DNA from: Acidimicrobiia bacterium
GTDB taxonomy: Bacteria; Actinomycetota; Acidimicrobiia; Spongiisociales; JAENVV01
Direction: 5' to 3'
NCBI GenBank assembly: GCA_041586155.1
Contig: JBFHAT010000005.1
Location: forward strand, 10,520-74,519
DNA: 64,000 nucleotides
The position numbers and the translations under genes are program-made. Of the stretch, positions 1 through 9,340 are shown one piece after another; position 1 is the stretch's first letter, and every line of letters starts with the position of its first letter. The notes beneath the pieces are model-generated. The model had not been told where the DNA came from and did not search any database. It saw only the letters and a list, made by a program, of their open reading frames with translations.

Positions 1-1205
1 CCGGCAATGTCGTGAGGGACTCCGTTGCCGTCGGCGTGGTCTCGGGAGACAACGCCTCCGGGTTCTGGTGGCCGAGCCAGGCGAACGGTCTGCCCAACAC
101 CTGGGTCTTCGAAGGTAACACCGCCCACAACAACAGCCGGCATGGGATCTTCGTCTGGCAGAACACCTCGACGCTAGGACATGTCATCGACGACTACGCC
201 GCATACCACTGCGGTCTCGATGGGATCCATCACGGCGCTTACTCGAACGTCGGGTACAGCTACCAGAACAGCACGCTGTACCGCAACGGCCGGTCCGGCC
301 TCTCCCAGCACGCGCAGACCAACCCGACCCAGGCCGCCAAGTTCCCTGGCCGCCGCCTCTCCTTCGAGCGTCTGACCTTCATCGGAAGCAGCTACGCGGT
401 ACGGCTCGGCAGCCACAACGCTGAGGCAGGGGTGCCGACCCTGTATCGCGATTGTGGGTTCGAGCTGCAGGCACAGAACAAGGTGCTCGTCGACGAGGGC
501 ACCCTCGAACCAGGTCATTACGACTTCGTCAACTGCGGGCTCGAGCCGAGCGACTTCGACATCTCGGTCATGCGGCCTGGGTCGCTCATCAGGGTGCAGC
601 GAGCCAACGGGACTGCGTATCAGATCGACCACACCGGGGCCGTGACCACCATCGCCGCTTTCGACGGCGCCCGCGGCGGATTCATCGACGTGCCACCCAG
701 CCATTGGGCGTATGCCCCCATCACGGCGGTGGCGGCGGCCGGCATCGCCCTGGGGTACAGCGACGGGACGTTCCGGCCCGGCGAGCTGGTGACGCGAGCG
801 CAAGCCGTCGTGTTCGTGGGTCGAGCGGCTGCGCTCCCCAACCCGTTGGGGGCCACGTCCCAGTTCAGGGACGTACCCCAAGATCACTGGGCGTTCGGGC
901 CGATCTCGGCGGCGGTGGCTGCAGGCATCGCCGCCGGGCGTGAAGATGGCACGTTCGGACCGGGCGAGACCGCAACTCGAGCCCATATCGCCGCATTCAT
1001 CTTCAGGGCGATCGGCGAGAAAGAGAACCCGACGCATGGAGGAGCCTTCACTGACGTCCCTGCCTCCGCCTGGTTCGCCGGAGTCGTGGAACGACTCGCC
1101 GAGCTGGGCGTGATCGCCGGCTACGAAGATGGGACCTTCCGCCCCAACGAGAACACCAGCCGGGCGCAGATGGCGGCAATGATCTCCCGCGCATGGAAGT
1201 TGTGA
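1..1205 (+). CDS. SLH-domain surface protein with N-terminal parallel beta-helix-like region; 5' partial, reading frame open to the window edge
   Basis: The 12..1205 ORF is open upstream to position 1. The C-terminal half has three SLH-like repeats (FIDVPPSHWAYAPITAVAAAGIALGYSDGTFRPGELVTRAQA; FRDVPQDHWAFGPISAAVAAGIAAGREDGTFGP...TRAHIAAFIFRA; FTDVPASAWFAGVVERLAELGVIAGYEDGTFRPNENTSRAQMAAMISRA). The N-terminal part is rich in N/G/T, typical of beta-helix repeats. Confidence 0.75.
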   Translation, partial: GNVVRDSVAVGVVSGDNASGFWWPSQANGLPNTWVFEGNTAHNNSRHGIFVWQNTSTLGHVIDDYAAYHCGLDGIHHGAYSNVGYSYQNSTLYRNGRSGLSQHAQTNPTQAAKFPGRRLSFERLTFIGSSYAVRLGSHNAEAGVPTLYRDCGFELQAQNKVLVDEGTLEPGHYDFVNCGLEPSDFDISVMRPGSLIRVQRANGTAYQIDHTGAVTTIAAFDGARGGFIDVPPSHWAYAPITAVAAAGIALGYSDGTFRPGELVTRAQAVVFVGRAAALPNPLGATSQFRDVPQDHWAFGPISAAVAAGIAAGREDGTFGPGETATRAHIAAFIFRAIGEKENPTHGGAFTDVPASAWFAGVVERLAELGVIAGYEDGTFRPNENTSRAQMAAMISRAWKL

Positions 1206-1232
1206 TCGGACAGCACGGTTAGCCTGACCGGG

Positions 1233-2387
1233 ATGCGCGTCCTCCATGTGATCGACGGGTTGGGGGGATCCGGCGGCGCCGAGAACCGCATGTGCGAAGA
1301 GGTCCTCGAGCTCGCCGGCCAGACCGACCCGCCCCAGCAGATGGTCGTTCGACTGTACGAGCGCGACTTTCTACAGCCTCGCTTGGAGGAGGCCGGTGTT
1401 GCCGTCGTGGCGCTCGGGCTGGCCGGAGCGCGAGGAGCTCGCAACTGGCCCCTGGCGGCGTGGCGTCTCGTGCAGATCACTCGGAGGTTTCGCCCAGACG
1501 TGATCCATACGTCACTGTTCTCTGCGAACCTGGCCGGCCAGCTGGCCGGGATCGCCACCCGCACTCCCGTCGTGTCGACGATGACCCTGACCGGCGACAT
1601 GCGCCTGCACCGGATGCTGCAACCGGGGGCGGCGTCATGGCGAGCAGGTCTGCTTCGCTGGATCGCCGCCCGAGTGGCCAAGATGGCTCCCGTCGAATAC
1701 CGGGCCATCACCCACGACGTCAAGGACACGTCGTGCGTGGCGATGCCGTTCCCGCCGGACCGAGTGTTCGTCATCCCTCGAGGTCTCGCTCCTACGAGGG
1801 GAACGGCCCCGAGCGATCGGTCTCGCTTCGGTCTACCCGATGGCGTACCCCTGTTCGTCAACGTCGGGCGGCTCACCAAGCAGAAAGGACAGACGCTGCT
1901 CATCGAGGCATTCAGCCGGATCAGACAGGACATCCCCGATGCGATCTTGGCCATTGCCGGTGAGCGGAGCGACGCCACTCACGACGTCGAACGAGCAGTG
2001 ACGTCACATCAGTTGAACGGCGCCGTCCACCTCCTCGGGTTCCGGTCCGACCTCGACCAGCTGCTGGCATCAGCCGACATCTTCTTGTTCAGCTCTCTGG
2101 CTGAAGGTCTCGGCACGGCCGTCCTCGAAGCGGTCGTCGCCGGCCTACCCGTCGTCACCTTCGACATCCCGCCGGTGACCGAGGTGGTGGACGGTGCGCC
2201 TGGTGTGACCATCGTGCCGATGGAAGACGCCGCTGCGCTGGCTGCCGCCGCAGTGAACGCCTGGCGCACGCTGCAGGCCGGAGAGCGAACCGGCGATGGT
2301 CGAGCGTGGGTCTACGACCGCTACGAGCTCGGAGTCGTCGGGTCCCGGCTCAGACGGGAGCTGGAGCGGGTTGCCGGCTCAGCCTGA
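1233..2387 (+). CDS. Glycosyltransferase family 4 (group 1)
   Basis: MRVLHVIDGLGGSGGAE N-terminus. C-terminal GT4 signature EGLGTAVLEAVVAGLPVV. 384 aa. Confidence 0.8.
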   Translation: MRVLHVIDGLGGSGGAENRMCEEVLELAGQTDPPQQMVVRLYERDFLQPRLEEAGVAVVALGLAGARGARNWPLAAWRLVQITRRFRPDVIHTSLFSANLAGQLAGIATRTPVVSTMTLTGDMRLHRMLQPGAASWRAGLLRWIAARVAKMAPVEYRAITHDVKDTSCVAMPFPPDRVFVIPRGLAPTRGTAPSDRSRFGLPDGVPLFVNVGRLTKQKGQTLLIEAFSRIRQDIPDAILAIAGERSDATHDVERAVTSHQLNGAVHLLGFRSDLDQLLASADIFLFSSLAEGLGTAVLEAVVAGLPVVTFDIPPVTEVVDGAPGVTIVPMEDAAALAAAAVNAWRTLQAGERTGDGRAWVYDRYELGVVGSRLRRELERVAGSA

Positions 2388-3272
2388 CCCGAGCTCGAAC
2401 GACGCCGTCATCCATTCCCAGATCAAGTCTCCAAGCGCTTCCTGGGTCGGTAGCGCCGCCCGGCCGTGGACTTTGCCGTCGAGGACCTCGATCTGCATCG
2501 CTGGACCGGCTCGCTCGACCAGGGCTTCCAAGCGGCCGGGCAACGCCGCCTGGAAATCCTCCCATCCGTCCTCGGTACCGAACACGAACAAGACCGGGAC
2601 GCCTCGCTCGATCACTCCCGTCAACGCATCCAAGAACGGACGACTCACCCAGGGCGGCGTGCCGTCGCCGGGCCGGATTCGAGCCAATGCCGCCCTGGCT
2701 TTCGTTCGCGCCAATATCCGAGCGGCCCCTGCGATGCGCGCCAGCTGCTTGGGTTTCAGGAGCATCGTCGGCTCGAGCGCTCCCACTCCCCGGCTCATGA
2801 ACTCCAGTGTGGATCCCTCCGCCAGCCTGGTGGCGGTACCCTCGCCGCGATCGAAGTCGCGCACCAGAGGGGCGATCAGCACCAGGCCGGCCAGATCTTC
2901 GATGCGGTCCGCCGCCGCCAGCGCGTTCCTGGCGCCGAAACACTGACCGATGAGCACGTGTCGGCTCACACCCCGGCTTCGTAGCGAATCGACGGCCCCC
3001 ACGACGTCAGCGGCGAAATAACGGTTCGATCCCATCTCCCCGATCAAGCCTGTGCTGTCCCCGGCTCCGTGATAGTCGAATCGCAAGGTGCGGACTCCGA
3101 CGGAGGCAAGGCGGGTTTCCAGCGGGGTCCACAGCGGGCTGCGGGTCACGGCCGCCGTGTAACCCCCGCCGCGCAAGACCGTGACTCCAAGTGAACCGGG
3201 TTGGTCGGGCTCGGTGCAAGTTCCAAAAAGCGTCTCACCGGCGGCTTCGAAGAAGAGCGGATGAGTTGTCAT
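2379..3272 (-). CDS. Alpha/beta-fold hydrolase, second of an adjacent pair (resembles the exosortase-system-associated hydrolase 1/2 families)
   Basis: Start taken at MTTHPLFFEAAGETLFG, an internal Met of ORF 2379..3431, which gives a 4-bp ATGA overlap with the upstream gene. Sequence has the a/b hydrolase pattern (HG..GDS.G). Confidence 0.6.
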   Translation of the reverse strand: MTTHPLFFEAAGETLFGTCTEPDQPGSLGVTVLRGGGYTAAVTRSPLWTPLETRLASVGVRTLRFDYHGAGDSTGLIGEMGSNRYFAADVVGAVDSLRSRGVSRHVLIGQCFGARNALAAADRIEDLAGLVLIAPLVRDFDRGEGTATRLAEGSTLEFMSRGVGALEPTMLLKPKQLARIAGAARILARTKARAALARIRPGDGTPPWVSRPFLDALTGVIERGVPVLFVFGTEDGWEDFQAALPGRLEALVERAGPAMQIEVLDGKVHGRAALPTQEALGDLIWEWMTASFELGSG

Positions 3273-4147
3273 CGATCCGCCCCCAGGTTCTCCACCCAGG
3301 CAACCGTCTGGTCGATGAGCAGCCTGGTCAGCATCTTGTTCTCTTCTGTCTCGAACCGGTCGGCTTCGAACCACCACGCTTCCTCGTGACCCGTGGAGGA
3401 CGCCGTGACCTCGACACCTGCATCCTGCCACCCAGCCGCGACAAGGGCCAGATCCTCGGCCAGCTCGGAACGGCGCGACACCTGCAGCACGAGCGCTGCC
3501 TCGGAGGCGGCTTCGCTGATCAGTCGGGGAACGTCGATCGGCGCGACCGACCGATGGAGGTCACGCTCGATGAGGTAGTCGAGAACGACCAGACTGCCTT
3601 CGTTCTCGAGCATCGTGACGAGATCGGATCCCGAATGGCGCTTGTCTGCGCCGGAGGTCAGCTCCTGGACCTGCCGCACCCTGATGATGTCGGCCAGATA
3701 TCCCGCCGGATCGATGACCGGATCCCAGAGCACGAGCGGTGCCCCACCGCGCCGGACGGCTGCCCGGGCTGCCACGATGCCACCCCACCGCACCCCCATC
3801 AGGATCATGCGATCAGGACGACAACGCTCGGCGAGGGCACCGGCGGCAGCGTCGGCGTCGTCGGTCATGGACGCAACGGTCATCCCGCCGGGCACGTCGT
3901 CACTCAGACCCGTATTGCGGTATTGGAATCGCTGCACGGCCGCTCCGGCTGCGGCCAGCGCACGCGCCAAGAGCACTTCACGCCGATAGTTCTTGAAGTA
4001 CTCGGCGTAGATCGGGCTGCAGATCACCACTCCCGTCCCACTGGGCTGATCGGGCAGATACCGATGCCCGAAGAGCCCCGGACCAACTAGATCAGCTTCT
4101 TCGAGGAATCCCTCCGCCTGGCGAACAGCTCCCGCTCCAGGGCTCAT
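3269..4147 (-). CDS. Alpha/beta-fold hydrolase, first of the adjacent pair
   Basis: 292 aa with VVICSPIYAEY...GLSDD motifs of the a/b hydrolase fold. Overlaps both neighbours by 4 bp, so it reads as part of an operon. Confidence 0.6.
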   Translation of the reverse strand: MSPGAGAVRQAEGFLEEADLVGPGLFGHRYLPDQPSGTGVVICSPIYAEYFKNYRREVLLARALAAAGAAVQRFQYRNTGLSDDVPGGMTVASMTDDADAAAGALAERCRPDRMILMGVRWGGIVAARAAVRRGGAPLVLWDPVIDPAGYLADIIRVRQVQELTSGADKRHSGSDLVTMLENEGSLVVLDYLIERDLHRSVAPIDVPRLISEAASEAALVLQVSRRSELAEDLALVAAGWQDAGVEVTASSTGHEEAWWFEADRFETEENKMLTRLLIDQTVAWVENLGADR

Positions 4148-5256
4148 CCGGCCCCCTCGCCCGCCGGCGCAGCTTCACTCGCGTCGACGCCTCGCCCGCT
4201 TCCCTGTCCGGCCCGTCGGCTGCTGGCTTCTTCGCGCATCGCCAGCAACCGACCGCTGGGACCGACTGGTCGGAGCAGTGCGAAATCGACGGCATCGGTC
4301 GCACCGAGGGCGTACTTGTGGGGCTCGGACCCTCTGAGCAGATCCAGGCTGGACAACCCTTCGCTTCGCGCCCAGTCGAGGGCAGTCACGGTGAGGGCGA
4401 TACCGATGCCGTATCGGGCAAATTCGGGATTCCATCCTGTTTTGTAGCTGGCGAACGTTGTGCGGTGCCTGAACCCGAGGAGACCGGCGATCGCTTCGCC
4501 GTCCTTCTCCATCAGCAACAGCCACGGCCCGTCAGGTCCAGTCGCTCGCCGGGCGACGTCCGACAGGAAACGCAGGCGAAGCTCGTCGAACAGCCCGCCA
4601 CCTCGACCATCCCAGCGGCTGGCGTGCAGCTCTTGAAGCGAGCTGAGCCCGTCGGCGACCGCCGGGCCTGGCGAGACCCATCGTGGCTTCACGCCGAGCC
4701 CTTCGAGCTGTCGAGCTCGGCGTCTCACGTTCTCCCGCATCTTCTTCGACCAACGACCCTCGATGTCGTCGCTCAGCTGGAACGCCGGGCACCGAATCCG
4801 GTCCACCACGGTAGCTCCGGCGATCCGCAGCAATGCCGGTTCGTGCTGCTCGGCCACCGACTCGAACAGCAGCGTGCGGCCGGACCCCGTCTCGATGGCC
4901 GCTGCCACCAGCGCATGCTCGACGTCGCCGCCTGTCTCGCAAATGGGTCCGAGATGGTCGCCCGCCCCCGCGCCGGACCCGGCGAGACCCAAATAGCGAA
5001 GTGGCACGGGAACTCGCCTGTGGACTCGGCGTTGCAGCTCGGACAGCGCCAGCAGGCCAAGGAGAGTCCCATCATCGTCGCGAGCGGTGAGCACAGTCAG
5101 GGCTGCGTTGGGCTCGAGCACCTCATGCCAGGAGCGAATCCAGCTCGCCGTTTGGAAGAAGTTCGACACCCCGGCTCGGGCGAACAGACGATCCCATTCA
5201 CCCTCCAACTCGTCGAGCGCTTCATCGCCCGGAACGGCGGACACCTGAACAGTCAT
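4144..5256 (-). CDS. FemAB/CelD-like GNAT-fold acyltransferase (BioF2-like acetyltransferase domain)
   Basis: 370 aa. The family is ~350 aa with the WNPEFARYGIGIALTVTALDWARSEG region. It sits directly beside the hydrolase pair, as in PEP-CTERM accessory cassettes. Confidence 0.55.
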   Translation of the reverse strand: MTVQVSAVPGDEALDELEGEWDRLFARAGVSNFFQTASWIRSWHEVLEPNAALTVLTARDDDGTLLGLLALSELQRRVHRRVPVPLRYLGLAGSGAGAGDHLGPICETGGDVEHALVAAAIETGSGRTLLFESVAEQHEPALLRIAGATVVDRIRCPAFQLSDDIEGRWSKKMRENVRRRARQLEGLGVKPRWVSPGPAVADGLSSLQELHASRWDGRGGGLFDELRLRFLSDVARRATGPDGPWLLLMEKDGEAIAGLLGFRHRTTFASYKTGWNPEFARYGIGIALTVTALDWARSEGLSSLDLLRGSEPHKYALGATDAVDFALLRPVGPSGRLLAMREEASSRRAGQGSGRGVDASEAAPAGEGAG

Positions 5257-6377
5257 GGCCGGGCCGATTCCTCGACTTCGTACATCGTCAGCAATTGTCG
5301 GACGATGACGTCGGGCGTGAAGGCTTCGGCTTTACGTCGGCCTTCCGCCCCGCACGACATCCGTAGTTCGGCGCTCTCCGCCAGTTGCTTGATCCGGGCG
5401 GCGGCCAAGCCGGTATCACCGGGCGGAAACAGGAGACCGGCCTGGCCGTCGGTGTCCAGAAGCTGACGGATCGGCTCGAGGTCGGACGCCACGACCGGAA
5501 TCCCGTTGAGCATCGCCTCGGCCGTGATGCGGGAGAACGATTCATCGCGAGATGCCACGAGCACGATGTCGCATTGTTCATAGATGCGACGAACGTCGGA
5601 GTCAGGCCCGCGCATCACGAGGTCGACTCCTTGAATTGCATCCAGCTGCTGCCATACGGGGGTTGCGTAGTCGGAATCGAGCCTTTTCGTGAAGAGGCGC
5701 CACTGCAGATCCAGGCCGCGACAGCCTTCGATGATGTCGGGAAGCAGATCGAAGCCCTTGCGATGACGGCCGGCGCTGAGATACCCGACGACGAGGGGCC
5801 CATCACCGTCACTTCTCTCGGCGACGACATCAGCCGGATCGATCGGGTTAGGGACGATGGTCACCTCGTCCCACGTACACAGGCCATTCTCGACAGCAAC
5901 CGACGCGGCGGTGCGAGACACCGCGGCAAACCGGGGGCGCTGCAGCAACCACCGGAGAATGGGCCCGAGCCTCCGACCCCACGGTGAACCGACCGGGTCG
6001 TGCACCCATACGGTGACCGGCGCACGGGTGACCAATGCTGGGAGCACCGACAGGCTGAGCGCCCGGGTGGCGTTGGCGTGAATCGCATCGATTCTCGTGC
6101 GATGCCGAAGGGACCATCGCGCCAGTCTCAACGCCGCCCATATCCGATGCATTCGGTTGGGAAAGCGCGGCTTCCATGGCAAGTCGATCGTCTCTTCGGC
6201 CAGCCCTCGTTCCCGGACGAGCGCTCCGAATTCACCCTGCATCGGCGCCGCGAGCATCCTCACGACGCGCGGCCCGATCTCCTCGAGCAGCGTCGCCAGA
6301 CTCCGGTTCGAGCCGCCGAGTGGCGCCGGAACCGCGACGAAGAGCACCACCGGCCGTGCCGGCTGGTCGGGACTCAT
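5253..6377 (-). CDS. Glycosyltransferase family 4
   Basis: 374 aa. GT4 C-terminal domain (ESFSRITAEAMLNGIPVVASD). Overlapping start/stop with both neighbours. Confidence 0.75.
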   Translation of the reverse strand: MSPDQPARPVVLFVAVPAPLGGSNRSLATLLEEIGPRVVRMLAAPMQGEFGALVRERGLAEETIDLPWKPRFPNRMHRIWAALRLARWSLRHRTRIDAIHANATRALSLSVLPALVTRAPVTVWVHDPVGSPWGRRLGPILRWLLQRPRFAAVSRTAASVAVENGLCTWDEVTIVPNPIDPADVVAERSDGDGPLVVGYLSAGRHRKGFDLLPDIIEGCRGLDLQWRLFTKRLDSDYATPVWQQLDAIQGVDLVMRGPDSDVRRIYEQCDIVLVASRDESFSRITAEAMLNGIPVVASDLEPIRQLLDTDGQAGLLFPPGDTGLAAARIKQLAESAELRMSCGAEGRRKAEAFTPDVIVRQLLTMYEVEESARP

Positions 6378-7228
6378 GCTCGTCCCCAGAGATCAAAGCC
6401 GGGACCCACCAGCGAGCGCAGGTCTGCGAGGTCATCTGCCAATTGGTCCCAGATCCAGGCCTCGGTCGAAGGATCGATGTCGAGTGTGTCCCGCTCCAGC
6501 GGCCTGCTCAACGCCACCCGAAGACGCTGTTTGGCGAAGCGGGGCATCATGCGGCTCACTGCCGTGCCTCGAGCGGCTCTGCGCACCCGGTTGACGATCC
6601 CTGGTGCCTGGCGCTTGTCGGCGGTGCGGTTGAGTTCGCGCTCCACCGTCGCGATCGGCACGGTCGGATCGACCCCGATGAACGAGAAGATCTCATCGAG
6701 GACGGCTTCGCGCTCGTTGAGGAGCCGGTCCGACGACACCACCATGATCTGATCGCGAGGGAAGTGATCGAGGTAGAGGCGCAACTGGTAGGCGTACCTA
6801 CTGACATCGAGGTAGTCGGGACTCGCCCGCAGCGCCTCGGCGATCGGTCGTTCCTCCCTGCCCCTGTCGACGTAGTGGGCGTATTGGCTGCGGATCCGTG
6901 CCACCGGATCCCGGATGACATACACGAGCTGGATCGCCGGATACTCCTTGGCGATGCGAGCGGGCACGTCGGGAATCTTGGGTGCCTGCGAGTAACTGGT
7001 AGAGGCTTCGCCAATCGCCGTCTCGTCCCCGGCGTCGGCGAACAGCGACAGATACCAGTCGAGCCCCCGCGCCATGTTGACCGAGAAATAATGCGGTTCC
7101 TTGCGCTGGGGCATGAAGACGTCCGGGTGGGACCGCAGATACGCCGAGAGGCTCGTCGTGCCCGATTTGGCGGCACCGATCACCATGAATGTCGGATGTC
7201 TCGTCACGCGTTCACCCCCCTGGACCAT
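6374..7228 (-). CDS. Sulfotransferase (PAPS-dependent family)
   Basis: 5'-PSB-like motif MVIGAAKSGTTSL close to the N-terminus, followed by HPDVFMPQRKEPHYF. 284 aa. The start could instead be the internal Met at MVIGAAK. Confidence 0.75.
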   Translation of the reverse strand: MVQGGERVTRHPTFMVIGAAKSGTTSLSAYLRSHPDVFMPQRKEPHYFSVNMARGLDWYLSLFADAGDETAIGEASTSYSQAPKIPDVPARIAKEYPAIQLVYVIRDPVARIRSQYAHYVDRGREERPIAEALRASPDYLDVSRYAYQLRLYLDHFPRDQIMVVSSDRLLNEREAVLDEIFSFIGVDPTVPIATVERELNRTADKRQAPGIVNRVRRAARGTAVSRMMPRFAKQRLRVALSRPLERDTLDIDPSTEAWIWDQLADDLADLRSLVGPGFDLWGRA

Positions 7229-7254
7229 CGGATGTTAGCCAGGGAGGGTCCCGG

Positions 7255-8253
7255 TCACGAGCGGCCCCGGGCGTGGTGGATCGCCGGGTGGAGCCCACTG
7301 AGGATGATGGCGAGCCGGTCGAGCGATGTCGTCGAGTTCACCCGCAAACGGGAGATGCGGAGCCGCGCCCCCGGCGGCATGGGCTGCAAGTGATGATCGA
7401 ACAGGAAACCGAGGACGTAGCCGAGCTCGTCGAGCACCGACTCGGCCCGGCCGTCCCAGTTGCCGTTGGGATAGGCGAACGCACGCGGGGACCGTCCCAT
7501 CCACGCTGCAAGTTGGCGGTGCGCCGCCTCGATCTCATGCCGGATCTTGTCGGTCGGGCATCGATCGAGACACGGGTGGCTCATCGTGTGGTTCTCGATC
7601 ACCACGCCGCCACGCTCGAGCGCCGCCAGGTCATCGACGCTGAGTTGGGGACTCTGCACGGGTTCGCCGTCGACGGACGCCCGCAGCCATTCGATGGCTT
7701 CCAGCCGCTGGGAATCGGGCACGACTTTGAGCCGCTGGACCAAGGTGCCCGGACCCGGAAGGGGGTCGACGGCCCCGCGAGCCAGCAACGCCTCGACCTC
7801 GACCCACCACAGCGGCCGGCTCGTGCCGATCACCCCGGGAACCACGAAGGCGACGCCGGGTACCCCGCGCGCTTTCATCATCGGCAGGGCGGTGTCTCGC
7901 ACGGAGCGGATGCCATCATCGAACGTGATCAGCAGCGCGTTGGGCGGCAACGAGATTCGGCCGGCGGTGGCATCGATGGCATCTGCCAGTGAAATCGGAT
8001 GGTATGCCGACCGATACAGGTCCAGATGCGCCTCGAACTGGGCGGCGTCGTCGATGCCGTGGTACGCCACCACGGCGAGATCGCGACCGGCTCGCCGGCG
8101 AAAGAATGGCTGCAGGGGCGAACGCCGGAGGGTGGCATCGGCCAGGCGGTTCGGAACGATCAATCTACCTCCCAGCGTGAACCATAACGCGCGCCCCGTG
8201 ACCGGGTCGCTGGTTGAAGCGTGCCGACAATGGAGTAACGTTGCTCCGCACAA
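7255..8253 (-). CDS. Polysaccharide deacetylase (NodB homology domain)
   Basis: ITFDDGIRSV...NHTMSHP motifs. ORF 7255..8385 would overlap the divergent ABC gene, so the start was tentatively moved to the in-frame TTG at 8253. The start is uncertain. Confidence 0.6.
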   Translation of the reverse strand: MCGATLLHCRHASTSDPVTGRALWFTLGGRLIVPNRLADATLRRSPLQPFFRRRAGRDLAVVAYHGIDDAAQFEAHLDLYRSAYHPISLADAIDATAGRISLPPNALLITFDDGIRSVRDTALPMMKARGVPGVAFVVPGVIGTSRPLWWVEVEALLARGAVDPLPGPGTLVQRLKVVPDSQRLEAIEWLRASVDGEPVQSPQLSVDDLAALERGGVVIENHTMSHPCLDRCPTDKIRHEIEAAHRQLAAWMGRSPRAFAYPNGNWDGRAESVLDELGYVLGFLFDHHLQPMPPGARLRISRLRVNSTTSLDRLAIILSGLHPAIHHARGRS

Positions 8254-8275
8254 GACTGTACAAAGGGAGGGATCG

Positions 8276-9340
8276 ATGGCTGCGCGGGGCCGGTCACGTT
8301 GGACGCGGCGCGATGCCGGCGCGTCACCCGAGGACCGTCGGCTTGTGCCCGACGGCGGACCGGTGGTGAGCATCTCCAATGTCACGAAGGTCTACACGCC
8401 GTACCCGCCCTTCATGCGGATCTTGCTGCGGTCGTCGATCAAGTCCAGCATCGTGGCGCTCAACGATGTCTCTGTAGACGTCGAAGCGGGCAGCATCCTC
8501 GCCATCGTCGGACCCAACGGTGCCGGAAAATCGACACTGTTTCGGATATTGACCGGGCTCACCACCCCCACCGAGGGGTCGGCCACCATCTGCGGTTTCG
8601 ATGTGACATCACAGGCGTTCCATGTGCGCAGCCGGGTGGGTTTTGCGCCCGCCGACGAGCGTACGCTGCTGTTGCGCCACACCTGCCGTGAGAACCTGAT
8701 GTTCCACGGCAAGCTGCAGGGAATGGAGCTGCGCGGACTGCTGCGCGAAGTCGACGCGACGCTGGAGCTCGTCGGGCTCGGAAAGGCGAAGAACCGGGCA
8801 GGCATCGCGCTGTCGTCGGGTATGAAGGCCAGGTTGCAGCTCGCCCGAGCCTTGCTCCATCGCCCGGCGGTGCTCATCCTCGACGAGCCGACCGGCGCGA
8901 TCGACCCCCTCGCCGCTTACGAAGTGCTCGAGATCATCAAGCAAGCTGCCCGCGAGCGCAACATCGCCACACTCATCAGCTCCCATCGCCTGGAGGAGAT
9001 CGAAGCGCTCCACGACAACGTCGTGCTCATGGATCAGGGCAAGATCGTGTACAAGGGTGACCTCGACGTCATGCGAGAGACCTGGGACAAGCCGGGATTG
9101 GAGATCGTGTTCGAGGACGCGGCCTCCGCCACCCGGGTCGCCGAGTTGGTGGTGAACATGGGATTGGCGACCATCAGCGAGCACGACGGCGTCGTACTGA
9201 CGCTGTCCTCCGACCTGGGCACCGGAAAGCTGATCCACGCCCTGACCGGCCAGACCGAGCAGATCCGTTCGTTTCGAGAAGTCAAGCTGCCGCTGCGGGA
9301 TCTGCTCGCCAAGATCCTCTTGTCAGGAGATGCGACATGA
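8276..9340 (+). CDS. ABC transporter ATP-binding protein (ABC-2/Wzt-like) with C-terminal extension
   Basis: Walker A GPNGAGKST, signature LSSGMKARLQLA, Walker B ILDEPT. ATG at 8276 is preceded by AAAGGGAGGG. An alternative GTG start is at 8345. The start of ORF 7547..9340 is upstream antisense noise. Confidence 0.8.
   Translation: MAARGRSRWTRRDAGASPEDRRLVPDGGPVVSISNVTKVYTPYPPFMRILLRSSIKSSIVALNDVSVDVEAGSILAIVGPNGAGKSTLFRILTGLTTPTEGSATICGFDVTSQAFHVRSRVGFAPADERTLLLRHTCRENLMFHGKLQGMELRGLLREVDATLELVGLGKAKNRAGIALSSGMKARLQLARALLHRPAVLILDEPTGAIDPLAAYEVLEIIKQAARERNIATLISSHRLEEIEALHDNVVLMDQGKIVYKGDLDVMRETWDKPGLEIVFEDAASATRVAELVVNMGLATISEHDGVVLTLSSDLGTGKLIHALTGQTEQIRSFREVKLPLRDLLAKILLSGDAT

Noticed and set aside
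174-1247. 357-aa minus-strand ORF antisense to the SLH protein gene, and similar long antisense or out-of-frame ORFs (e.g. 1121..1978, 10570..11910, 14664..16496, 16067..17242, 17458..18633, 19170..20063, 20488..21714, 31980..33101, 40504..41712, 42664..44124)
   Set aside because: Their products are Arg/Ala/Gly/Pro-rich and low in complexity, typical of alternative frames in ~70 percent GC DNA. Each overlaps a gene with clear homology and motifs on the other strand or frame.
7547-8275. N-terminal 243 aa of the 597-aa ORF 7547..9340 as part of the ABC ATPase
   Set aside because: The upstream segment is low-complexity and antisense to the deacetylase gene. The ABC domain starts near aa 270, and an ATG with a strong RBS is at 8276.
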